From a virus (taxonomy: Duplodnaviria; Caudoviricetes), in the IMG/VR virus record IMGVR_UViG_3300042295_002426, positions 1 to 57,323 of that record: 57,323 nucleotides of DNA; one strand, 5' to 3'. Shown one piece after another: positions 49,308-57,323 of this stretch (the first letter of the stretch is position 1; each line of letters opens with the position of its first letter). The notes below the pieces were generated by a model, which was not told the DNA's origin, ran no database searches, and worked only from the letters and a program-made list of their open reading frames with translations. The position numbers were made by a program, and so were the translations under genes.

Positions 49308-50327
49308 TTCTTCGTTAGTGCTCGTGAAGAACAAATGCTCGTTGGTTTGGAACCATTTGATTCGCGCATCGCAATCGGCGATCAACTTCCTGATATCCGC
49401 CAACTGCGCCTTCCCAAAAGAACCTTTCTCTGCATTACGATTCTTAAAAAACTCACCTGGATTCAGGGAAACATCTGCTTCCTTCGTGTTGTGATTCGCT
49501 GTCACAGAATATCTCCTACCTTCCTCATCTCCCGAAGTGAATGTATATGCATGACCAGCTTCAACAGCTTCCAACGCTAATGCAATCTTCTGGAGCAGGC
49601 CAGCGACCCAGTCTCCGCCCAGTGTTCCATTCAACTCACCGTCTCCCGAATACAGGCATAGCGTATGTCCGATTGTGTATTGAGGATCTTCTGTGCGTGA
49701 GTACGAGTTGACTGAAACCTCGTAGCCAATTCCCTTGCCTGAAACCGTCCCAATCGACGAATCGAGGTAATATCCTTTAGCTTGTGGAGCTCTCGCCTCT
49801 TCGTTCGGCACAGGCATTGTCTCCTCGACCAACAACTTTCTGAACCATGTCTGCCCGGCTCTCGCCTGGGCAAGCGCGGCCCTGACTTTGGCTGCTTCGC
49901 CCGGCAGGAACTCCGCCTGCTCTTCTCCACGACGGATTCGAATCATCTTCTTTCCATCCACCTCAACGACTTCATAGATGGTCTCCTTCTCGCCTCTGAA
50001 GGTCTTTGTCTTCACCGATTTCCGAAACTCCTTGCCATCCTGTGCCGCATCTCCTGCCGCCATAAATACTTCCAAATCTGTATCTGGAAGCATGCGCTGA
50101 GCGGCTTCGAACTCAAAACAGTTGACCTCAACCGAGGTCGATCCATTTGGTTCCTCAGCACTTCGTGAAACGCTGACCGAGACATGCAGGCGATCTCCTT
50201 CGTTTCTTCTGTCCATCCAATCATTCGTCTCAACGCTGACGTGAAACGCGTTAAATGGAATCAGATCTCCTCCAGACAATGGAAGAGCCAGAAGTAGCGA
50301 TACTAGAAGTGATGGAAGCGTCTTCAT
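49275..50327 (-). CDS. Cassette 3 ORF: secreted hypothetical protein
   Basis: MKTLPSLLVSLLLALPLSG signal peptide; ends inside the attC. Confidence 0.78.
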   Translation of the reverse strand: MKTLPSLLVSLLLALPLSGGDLIPFNAFHVSVETNDWMDRRNEGDRLHVSVSVSRSAEEPNGSTSVEVNCFEFEAAQRMLPDTDLEVFMAAGDAAQDGKEFRKSVKTKTFRGEKETIYEVVEVDGKKMIRIRRGEEQAEFLPGEAAKVRAALAQARAGQTWFRKLLVEETMPVPNEEARAPQAKGYYLDSSIGTVSGKGIGYEVSVNSYSRTEDPQYTIGHTLCLYSGDGELNGTLGGDWVAGLLQKIALALEAVEAGHAYTFTSGDEEGRRYSVTANHNTKEADVSLNPGEFFKNRNAEKGSFGKAQLADIRKLIADCDARIKWFQTNEHLFFTSTNEEAEQVVPPNGP

Positions 50328-50332
50328 TTTCT

Positions 50333-50390
50333 GCAGAACGTCAAGCGCAGGGGAGGGCTGCAAGCCCTTCCCTGTCGCGATTTGTTAGCT
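50333..50390 (-). repeat. attC site (cassette 2, 58 bp)
   Basis: AGCTAAC-AAATCGCGACAGGGAAGGGCTTGCAGCCCTCCCCTGCGCTTGAC-GTTCTGC. Confidence 0.88.
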
Positions 50391-50777
50391 TGGTTTGCTG
50401 GTGCGGTTCCGTCGCGCGCCCCTAATGAGCGCGAATACAAATGAGATGCTTCCTGCCAAGACTGCGCCGATCAGGAACATCACGAGCGGGTGTTCGCCGT
50501 TTATTGTGGCGATTGAGAGAAATATCATCGATCCAACGACACATCCACCGAGCGTATAGTTTTTGATCGTTTCCATGCCAAGTTTTCGAAAGATCAGGAA
50601 GGACAACAAGAGCGGAGGCCATGAAAAGGCGTAGGCAACAAGACTGGTCCACCCCAAGTAGTTCCTGAAACTTTCATGACTGAATGAATCGATTCGCATT
50701 GCCGACCCAAGAACGGTCAGGATCAAAGGAGCAATCAGAAAGGCGTAGATGATTCTTGCTGGCTCTGAGATCTTCAA
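50385..50777 (-). CDS. Cassette 2 ORF: 4-TM membrane protein
   Basis: Four hydrophobic segments; the TAA stop lies in R''; TTG start. Confidence 0.75.
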   Translation of the reverse strand: MKISEPARIIYAFLIAPLILTVLGSAMRIDSFSHESFRNYLGWTSLVAYAFSWPPLLLSFLIFRKLGMETIKNYTLGGCVVGSMIFLSIATINGEHPLVMFLIGAVLAGSISFVFALIRGARRNRTSKPS

Positions 50778-50784
50778 TTTATTG

Positions 50785-50844
50785 AGCTAACGTTGGAGGC
50801 CATCGGACGGGCGTCAGGCCGTTCGATGCGCCGCCTAGTTCGGC
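50785..50844 (-). repeat. attC site (cassette 1, 60 bp)
   Basis: GCCGAAC-TAGGCGGCGCATCGAACGGCCTGACGCCCGTCCGATGGCCTCCAAC-GTTAGCT. Confidence 0.88.
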
Positions 50845-51092
50845 TTTTCGGTTTCAGTCTCTGTGATTGGAGGATACGCGAATCGAATCAGAAACGGAGC
50901 ACCCCGTAGCAGATAAAGCCCAATGACGAAATAGGTGCCTCCCGTGATAAAATATGAGATCAAGTAGCCTGGACTATCCTCTGGAAGGCCGACAATCGTG
51001 GCCACTCCGTAAACAAGATACCAAATCGCATAGATGAACAGGGAGAGCCCGAAGGTCCGGATGATAATTCCAAAAATGTCGCGAGGTTCCAT
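50835..51092 (-). CDS. Cassette 1 ORF: small 2-TM membrane protein
   Basis: MEPRDIFGIIIRTFGL..YLLRGAPFLIRFAYP. Confidence 0.78.
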   Translation of the reverse strand: MEPRDIFGIIIRTFGLSLFIYAIWYLVYGVATIVGLPEDSPGYLISYFITGGTYFVIGLYLLRGAPFLIRFAYPPITETETEKPN

Positions 51093-51123
51093 GATTTTGG
51101 TATGAAGCTTCTCTGATTTTTCT

Positions 51124-51199
51124 GCCGAACGTTGTTTAGCCACAAAAAATTGTGGACTAATCTGATTCGTCCACAATTTCTTGTGGGCGAATCGGATTC
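51124..51199 (-). promoter_or_regulatory. attI-like recombination site with upstream nested palindrome
   Basis: Minus strand GGCTAAACAAC-GTTCGGC with no attC hairpin; preceded by CCACAA-N4-TTGTGG twice in inverted arrangement (51140-51186). Confidence 0.7.
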
Positions 51200-51403
51200 T
51201 CAATTACGCCTCCGATTCTTCATAATCGGCCACCGAAGTCAAGCCTCGGGCGCGTCCCTGCTCCCACGATGGAGTGGTCGAACCCGCCGAACCCGTAGGC
51301 GGGCCCCGTTTCGGCTGCCCGGGCCTGCTCCGGGGTAAGTTTCGCACCCCCATCCCAAGTTTTTCCTTGAAAAACAACTGATCCATGATGCCGTTAGAGG
51401 GAG

Positions 51404-52063
51404 ATGGAGAACGTGTTTTTTAACGTTTTGAAGGATCGCGAGTCCCCTCCCGGCGGATGGAGGTGGCATCACCCCGTTACCGGCCAAATCTTCTCCCGCG
51501 AAAGCTTCTCCGACCTGCTCGAAAGCGCCCAGCGAACACTGCTCAATCTGGGCCTCGACCCGTCCCTCGCCTCGACCCAGATCCACCAAGCCACGGCGGC
51601 CAACCTCATTCAGCTCGGTCGAAACGACCTCGTCCAGGTCACCAAGGAAGTCCCCCGCTCTGCCGAGCAATACACCGCCGGCGCCAAAGCGACCTTCCTC
51701 AAGTGGTGGCGCGAGAGTCCGATCTTCGGTCTCCTCCAAGGCAAGGCGAGCCGCGGCGAACCCGTCTTTGTCCCTGACGACGTCGCCAACGGTCGCGCCC
51801 TCGTCTGCGCGAAGTGCCCCCACAACGTCATCCCGGCCGGGAAGGGGTGGCTGCAAAACTGGACCGACGGACAGATGCTGAAATCCGTCGAGGGCCGCAC
51901 GACCGCGAGCCAGGACCGTCTCGGCGTCTGCGAGGTCTGCTCGTGCGAGCTGCGGGCAGCGGTCTGGTGGCAACCGGACATCATCGCCACGACCACGCGC
52001 GACGCGAAATTCGCCCGTCGTCTGCCACGGCATTGCTGGAAGCGCAAGATCCTAGAATTATGA
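51404..52063 (+). CDS. Cys-rich phage protein (first gene of the portal operon)
   Basis: SPPGGWRW, CAKCPHN, CEVCSC, PRHCW; paralog remnant at 2902. Confidence 0.8.
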   Translation: MENVFFNVLKDRESPPGGWRWHHPVTGQIFSRESFSDLLESAQRTLLNLGLDPSLASTQIHQATAANLIQLGRNDLVQVTKEVPRSAEQYTAGAKATFLKWWRESPIFGLLQGKASRGEPVFVPDDVANGRALVCAKCPHNVIPAGKGWLQNWTDGQMLKSVEGRTTASQDRLGVCEVCSCELRAAVWWQPDIIATTTRDAKFARRLPRHCWKRKILEL

Positions 52064-52347
52064 TACCCCAACCCACCACCGAAACCGAAGCGCCGGCCCA
52101 GCCGGATAACGTCACCCCCATCGGCATTCCCGCTGACGATGCCGCTCCGACCCCGGAGCAGATTGAAGCCGCCCGGAAGGCAGTCGAGGAAGACATGCGG
52201 GAAGCGCTCCCCTTCAACCGTCTCGCCATCCATGTCGGATTTCAGCGCGCCATCCAGGGGGCGGTGGCGGGAAACAAGCCAGAGAAGGTCGGGCCGCTCT
52301 GCGCTGCCTTCCGCAGCTTCGCTGAAGCCGAATCTCTCCTCAAATGA
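52060..52347 (+). CDS. Hypothetical protein
   Basis: ATGA-coupled on both sides. Confidence 0.65.
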   Translation: MIPQPTTETEAPAQPDNVTPIGIPADDAAPTPEQIEAARKAVEEDMREALPFNRLAIHVGFQRAIQGAVAGNKPEKVGPLCAAFRSFAEAESLLK

Positions 52348-54602
52348 CCACAACCCCTCCGGCGGAAGCAGACGCCCTCCGCGCCCCCGATCCGGCGCGT
52401 CCCTCAGCGGGCCGCGTCATCGATGCGCCGCGCGTCCGCGGCCTGATCTCCGCCGGTGCCCGGAACCTCGAACACCGCTTGGAACAATATCGGCTGGTCG
52501 AGGACGCCTACGACCGTGTCCCGCCCGATACCGAGGAGCAACTCCGCGCCGACGGTCTCGGGTGGGCCGCTAACGTCGACTGGGGTGGAATGGAGGCCGG
52601 GATCGATTCGGCGGCATCGCCCTACGTCAATCTCCTGACCGAGCCGGAGCCTTTCGTGAAGTTCTGCTCCTACGCACAGATCCCGAACCTGCACCATGCC
52701 CTCACCGAGCTCGCCCGCGCCGACGCGGAGCTGCTGCGCGACTGGCCGGACTGGATCTACGAGGCCCAGATGATGATCCACAACCGGGTCGCGCATGGGA
52801 TGGGCATCTTCTATTTCCCCCAGCCGCACGGATGGCACTTCCAGTCGCTGCACCCGGCGAACCTGATCACCCCGCCGAAGGCCGGGCTCAATCCCGAGCG
52901 GTGGCCCTGGTGCGCCGTTGTCACGGAGTTCGAGGTGCCGGATCTGCTCGCCAAGCTGACCGACAAGGACGAGGCGCGGAAGCAGGGCTGGAACCCGCCC
53001 GCGGTGCGCGATGCCATCGAAAAATACCGGCGCGGCGACGGCGCCCGGTGGCCCCACAACCTGGACGTCGATCAGGCGGTCCACGGGTTTTCGAACCATT
53101 CCATGATGGGCGTCTTCGACGAGTCGGTCACCATCAAGGGATTCATCTTCTACGTCCGCGAGAGCGACGGGACGATCTCCGAGTATTGGCTGACCAATCA
53201 GGAGGAGGTGGGATTCCTCTACAAACGGCAGAAGCAACAGAGCCGGATGTCGCGGGTGATCAGCGTCTTCCCCCACGGCCTGGGGAGCGGCTACCTCAAC
53301 AAGGTCCGCGGGCACGGCATCAAGAGTCTGCCGTATCACGATCTGGAGAACCGTGCCTTCAACCACTCGATCGATGTGACCTTCCTCGCCTCGAACCTCA
53401 TGCTCCGAGGCAACGGCCAGGATCTGCATCGCCTCCCCGAGATGGTCTTCGGACCGGTGACGGTGATCCCGGAGGAGTTCGCGCTCGAGCAGCAGTCCTT
53501 CCAGAATCCGGCCGGTGGGCTCGTACAGCTCTACCGCGAGATGAACGCGATGCGGGCCAGTCGCAACCAGGTCTTCGGCGGGAACATCGATGTCTCTCCG
53601 AACGTGGACCGCACCGCCTCCGGCGCCCGGATGCGCTACCAGGAACAGACCGGGATCCGAAGCCACGACGTCGCCCGTTTCTATCATCAGGTGCGGATGT
53701 TCCACGCAGCCCGCTGGGAGCGCATGATGGACCCGGAAGCCGCCGAATCCGATCCCGGCATGGCCGAGGCGAAGGAGATGCTGCGACGGGCCATGCTCCG
53801 CGGCTGCCCACCGGAAGCCATCGCGGGCATCTACAAGGTCAACGTGGTGACGGTCTTTGGCGAAGGCGATCCGGTGAACCAGTTTCTCGCCATGATGGAT
53901 GTCCGGGAACTCTACGGCCAACTCACCCCGACGGGCCGGAAGGTCTACGCCCGCGCCACCCTCAACGCCCGCCTCCGCGACCCAGACCTGGTGGATCAGC
54001 TCGTGGGCCGAGAGGATGCCCTCATCGACGAGGCCGACTCCCGGCACCGCCAGATCGCCCAGGGCGAGAATGCCGACTTCCAGAGCAGCGATGTCCGCAT
54101 CGATGTGGCCGAGACCGACAACCACCTCATCCACGCCGGCGAGCACACCGTCTTCACCGAGGACACTCTCGGGCAATTGGGCGAGGGAATCCTGTCGGAG
54201 GAGGATGCGTTCCGGACCGTCTCGCGCGTCCAGGCCCACATGGGCCCCCACCTCGAAATGGTCGCGAGCGATCCTCTGAGCCAGGCCGAGGCCAAGGATC
54301 TCCAGCGACGGTGGGCCGACATCACCAACTCCCTGCGCCAACTCGCTCAGAAGCTCGAAGCGAAGCGACAGCGGATGCAGGAAGAGCAGATGGAGGAGCT
54401 CCGCAACCCGCGCCCATCGGTGAAGGATCAGGAGACCGCGCTGACCGAGGAGGTCAAACGCCAGAGCCTCCTGCGCGAGACTGAAGCAAAGATCACCATT
54501 CTCGAGCGCGAGTCCCGGTTCCGCATGGGGCGAGAAATGGAGACGGCTGCCCAGGAAGGCCGCATCGCCGAGCTCAAACGTCTACCCGTCGAAAACGCAT
54601 GA
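52344..54602 (+). CDS. Putative portal protein
   Basis: 752 aa; DRTASGA motif (cf. RTATE in podoviral portals), DNHLIHAGEH, coiled-coil C-terminus as in P22-type portals. Confidence 0.75.
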   Translation: MTTTPPAEADALRAPDPARPSAGRVIDAPRVRGLISAGARNLEHRLEQYRLVEDAYDRVPPDTEEQLRADGLGWAANVDWGGMEAGIDSAASPYVNLLTEPEPFVKFCSYAQIPNLHHALTELARADAELLRDWPDWIYEAQMMIHNRVAHGMGIFYFPQPHGWHFQSLHPANLITPPKAGLNPERWPWCAVVTEFEVPDLLAKLTDKDEARKQGWNPPAVRDAIEKYRRGDGARWPHNLDVDQAVHGFSNHSMMGVFDESVTIKGFIFYVRESDGTISEYWLTNQEEVGFLYKRQKQQSRMSRVISVFPHGLGSGYLNKVRGHGIKSLPYHDLENRAFNHSIDVTFLASNLMLRGNGQDLHRLPEMVFGPVTVIPEEFALEQQSFQNPAGGLVQLYREMNAMRASRNQVFGGNIDVSPNVDRTASGARMRYQEQTGIRSHDVARFYHQVRMFHAARWERMMDPEAAESDPGMAEAKEMLRRAMLRGCPPEAIAGIYKVNVVTVFGEGDPVNQFLAMMDVRELYGQLTPTGRKVYARATLNARLRDPDLVDQLVGREDALIDEADSRHRQIAQGENADFQSSDVRIDVAETDNHLIHAGEHTVFTEDTLGQLGEGILSEEDAFRTVSRVQAHMGPHLEMVASDPLSQAEAKDLQRRWADITNSLRQLAQKLEAKRQRMQEEQMEELRNPRPSVKDQETALTEEVKRQSLLRETEAKITILERESRFRMGREMETAAQEGRIAELKRLPVENA

Positions 54603-54934
54603 GAATCGCCCCCTATGTCACGCCCGATGAATTTTGCCGCGACCCGGAAAACGTGGACGCACTCGTCTCCTTCCTGCAATCCGCTCCCGGACAGGCGCTG
54701 CAATCGGTGCTCCTGGGGCTGAACCCGGCCCGTCAATCCCTCCGGGCCCCCACCATGCCGGACTCGCTCCCGGAGCGGGCTGAGCATCTTTTGGGGAAGT
54801 GTCAGGGCTTCGAGTATGCCTTCGAGTTGCTGACCCAGACCCTCACGCAAAAGACCCGCGAGTTTCCCAAGATGTCTTCGAAGGCATCCGGACCGCGGGC
54901 CGAGATCCGGCCGGTGAATCCTCCGGTGCCGTGA
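54599..54934 (+). CDS. Small protein between portal and scaffold
   Basis: Coupled to the portal; helical, GKCQGFEYAFELL. Confidence 0.65.
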   Translation: MRIAPYVTPDEFCRDPENVDALVSFLQSAPGQALQSVLLGLNPARQSLRAPTMPDSLPERAEHLLGKCQGFEYAFELLTQTLTQKTREFPKMSSKASGPRAEIRPVNPPVP

Positions 54935-54940
54935 CCCTTT

Positions 54941-56188
54941 ATGACACCGAACCCACAACCCGCCGCCGAACCGTTGCCCGCCCAGGGCACCGTCCCTGCA
55001 AACCTCATGGCCGATCTTTTTCCGGGATCGGGTGAGCCATTGCCACCCAGCACGCAGACTCCGCCGTCGTCCGACGTTTTCGGCATCGACATCAGTCCCG
55101 CTCCAGTGATGCCCTCCGCTGCCGCGGCTCCTGAGGTCAGTGCCGTCTCGGGACTGTCCCTTGAGGATTTCGTCTCGAAGCACATCGCGGATCCGGACAC
55201 GCTGTTCCAAGGGGACGGTCGGAAGATCTCCCAGTTCCGGGAACTCCGTGGCCTCTTCGAGGGCGCGACCCGCGATCTCGCGGCGGCGCATCTCGAGCTC
55301 TCGCAACTCAGGCAATCCCAGGTCGCCGCCCCGGTTTCGAACGGAGCCCCTCTACCGGAGACGGAGGCGATCCAGAAGCTCACCGCCGAGATCGAGGCGC
55401 TGAAACCCGCCGCGCAACGGTGGCAGGAACAGGAGGCCCGGCAGTCGATTCGACAGACCCCCGCATTCCGCGCCGAGTTCGATGCGCCCCGAGCGGAGAT
55501 CCTCCGCGAGATCGGCGAGGTGTCCGACGAGATCGGCCTCGACCGGGAAGACGTCGAAGAGTTTCTGCGCCTCGACACCGAGCTGAAGCAATCCAAGTGG
55601 ATCCGGGAGAACGTGGACGATTCCGACGCCGCCGACATTTACCGCCAGAAGGGGAAGGCGTTTCTCTCGATGACCAAGCAGGCAACCGCGGTGCTGGAGT
55701 CCGCCGATCCGATTGCCGCTCTGCGCGACTGGGAGGATTACAACAGCGCCTTCGCCACGAAGTTCGCCGCAAAGCTCGAGGAAAGTGCGGCCAAGGAATT
55801 GCAGGGCGCGACGAGTCGCGTTCTCGGGCAACTCTCAGCTGGCGTCGATCCCTTCTTCGCGACCGATTCCGGCAAGGCCGTCCTTTCCGATCTGACTCGA
55901 CGCGCCGCCGAAGGGCGCGGGTTCTCCGCCGACGAAGTTGTGGAAGCGGTGGCGATGTCCCGGTCGGCTACCGCCTACCAAGCGCTCGCTCAGAATCTGC
56001 AGCATCGCGCCCTCGCCGCAGAGAGGGAACTCGCTCGCCTTCGCGGGCTCAATCCGACGCCGATTCCACCCGATCCGCTCCGTGGAGGAGCCGCCCCGGC
56101 ACCGGGAGACCTCTACGGTTTCGGCTCGCATGACGGCAGCGGCATCCGACCGCTCATCCTTGCCGACCAGATCAGGCTTTCTTCCTGA
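54941..56188 (+). CDS. Putative capsid scaffolding protein
   Basis: Pro-rich acidic N-terminus, coiled coils, downstream of the portal. Confidence 0.6.
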   Translation: MTPNPQPAAEPLPAQGTVPANLMADLFPGSGEPLPPSTQTPPSSDVFGIDISPAPVMPSAAAAPEVSAVSGLSLEDFVSKHIADPDTLFQGDGRKISQFRELRGLFEGATRDLAAAHLELSQLRQSQVAAPVSNGAPLPETEAIQKLTAEIEALKPAAQRWQEQEARQSIRQTPAFRAEFDAPRAEILREIGEVSDEIGLDREDVEEFLRLDTELKQSKWIRENVDDSDAADIYRQKGKAFLSMTKQATAVLESADPIAALRDWEDYNSAFATKFAAKLEESAAKELQGATSRVLGQLSAGVDPFFATDSGKAVLSDLTRRAAEGRGFSADEVVEAVAMSRSATAYQALAQNLQHRALAAERELARLRGLNPTPIPPDPLRGGAAPAPGDLYGFGSHDGSGIRPLILADQIRLSS

Positions 56189-57323
56189 CTGCCTTGGTCT
56201 TCGGCTTCAATAGTCCAAGGTCGTCCAGCGAGAGCGGCTCGGACTGAGTCACAAACGAGAGGTAGTGGAGTTTCGCGGTCTCGATGTCGATGCGCAGGAA
56301 CTCCGCTGCCCGCTCCCAGGAGTTGGTCTTCGTGGCCACCATGGAGCCAGCCCACTTCCGCAGCTCGTGGTTGGTCTTCGTCCTTCCCGGGACCCGAGCC
56401 CGGACCCACTTTGAGTGAATCTTGCAGATGAGGTTGTGACGCTCAGTGGGATGCTTTGCCGGGATGAGGTGGTCATCCGAATGGGACGCGAAGTAGTCGA
56501 GGAGGGCCTGGGGGACGGGGACTTCGCCGTCGCTACGCTTCGGAGCTGCCTCTCCCTCTCGACGGTTGATCACGAGGAACGTTTGGTCGCCTCGCTTTAC
56601 CAACCAGTGTCGTCGGGCTCGCTCGATCTCGGAGTCCCGGAGTCCCATGAGGCGGATCATCAGGTGGATCGCCCAGAGACGCTCGTCCTGCTCCTTCAGC
56701 TTTGGCAGGTCCTTGTTGAGTTTGTCGATCTGCTCTTGGGGGATGGGGTTGTCGGAGTAGCGATGGCTCAGCTCCTTCAGGAACTGCGCCTTGAGAAATC
56801 CGTCCAGTGTCGGCGGCAATGAGATCCCGGCTCGCTCATAAATCCTGAGAGCTGACCTCGAAAAGACGCCGCGCGCCTGGCGAACCACCGAATTGATCCC
56901 CGTGTTCACCGCCATCGGAGTCACGTAGTCGACGCCGCGGCCGGTCTTCTGCTTGAGGACTTGATACTGGCGGACGAAGTCTTCCGTGAGGATACCGAGG
57001 GTTTCCTTCTTGGCTGCCTCGGCTTCCAGGCCGGTCACGTCCTTGATCATGCGGAGGAGGGACAGCTCGTAATGGCGACCGGTCCGGGATCGGACATGCT
57101 GGTCGCCTTCCCGGAAAGCATCGAGGACCTTACCGATCGTCGGGGAGGACTTTCCTCGAGGAACCCGCTCGACCGGCTTGCCGTCGAAGATCTCGGTGAG
57201 CAGCTCCTTGGCCTTGGCCTTCGCGAGAGTGAGGTCGGCATGCCCGGTCGCGAGGATGCGACGCTTCCCTTGGTGCTGGATCCGGAGCGAATAGGATGTC
57301 CCCTCACCCCGCTTGAACAGCAA
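56172..57323 (-). CDS. Phage tyrosine integrase (start at or beyond the window edge)
   Basis: GLRDSEI (R), APKR (K), HELRK (HxxR), AKLHY (Y); N-terminal arm-binding-like domain. Confidence 0.9.
   Translation of the reverse strand: MLFKRGEGTSYSLRIQHQGKRRILATGHADLTLAKAKAKELLTEIFDGKPVERVPRGKSSPTIGKVLDAFREGDQHVRSRTGRHYELSLLRMIKDVTGLEAEAAKKETLGILTEDFVRQYQVLKQKTGRGVDYVTPMAVNTGINSVVRQARGVFSRSALRIYERAGISLPPTLDGFLKAQFLKELSHRYSDNPIPQEQIDKLNKDLPKLKEQDERLWAIHLMIRLMGLRDSEIERARRHWLVKRGDQTFLVINRREGEAAPKRSDGEVPVPQALLDYFASHSDDHLIPAKHPTERHNLICKIHSKWVRARVPGRTKTNHELRKWAGSMVATKTNSWERAAEFLRIDIETAKLHYLSFVTQSEPLSLDDLGLLKPKTKAVRKKA

Larger units (their letters stand above)
46785..51130 (-). mobile_element. Integron cassette array (7 cassettes) without intI
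   Basis: Seven single ORFs, each followed by an imperfect palindrome bounded by ..AAC and GTT..; all on one strand; AT-richer than the phage backbone. Confidence 0.92.
3426..57323. mobile_element. Temperate podovirus-like prophage, continues past the window end
   Basis: tRNA fragment at one end and co-oriented integrase at the other; replication, terminase, capsid, portal, lysis and ejection modules; no tape measure or sheath seen. Confidence 0.9.

Noticed and set aside
46785-51130. CRISPR array or REP repeats
   Set aside because: The repeats differ in length and sequence, are separated by whole genes and carry AAC/GTT cores, so they are attC sites.
51245-51352. Hammerhead ribozyme (GAAAC motifs, hairpins)
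   Set aside because: No CUGANGA core found on either strand.
51204-51386. 60-aa ORF as an intI remnant or leader peptide
   Set aside because: No recombinase motifs and low-complexity composition; cannot be supported.
52404-54341. Long antisense ORFs (also 5413-6753, 21321-22868, 26092-27351, 31805-33049, 43745-45325)
   Set aside because: Shadow frames of high-GC genes with no motifs; the opposite strand has coherent coupled genes.

Overview
Most of the window (~3426 to beyond 57323) is one apparently near-complete, podovirus-like temperate prophage integrated in a tRNA-Thr(UGU) gene. The duplicated tRNA 3' half (attR-like) lies at 3426-3467 and the tyrosine integrase is at the far right edge. 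Left of it are an IS630 inserted in a caspase-domain gene, a GYF-domain gene and a decayed copy of one prophage gene. The prophage has a switch made of two divergent ribbon-helix-helix genes, a Sak4/exonuclease/SSB/primase-helicase module, TerS and TerL, a capsid protein, lysis genes, a glycosyltransferase/methyltransferase pair, tail and ejection genes, a 3317-aa polyvalent protein, portal and scaffold. The main finding is an array of seven integron gene cassettes (46785-51130) inside the virion gene region. It has seven attC sites whose R' and R'' cores pair cassette by cassette, an attI-like site with a nested palindrome at its head, and no IntI gene in the window. This looks like a phage-borne integron landing pad that uses an integron integrase in trans. 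A second accessory block is an Rhs toxin/immunity array (two tips SAA-like) bounded by ~34-bp direct repeats. A Verrucomicrobia/PVC host is inferred only from sequence style. All product calls come from motif reading, not database searches.
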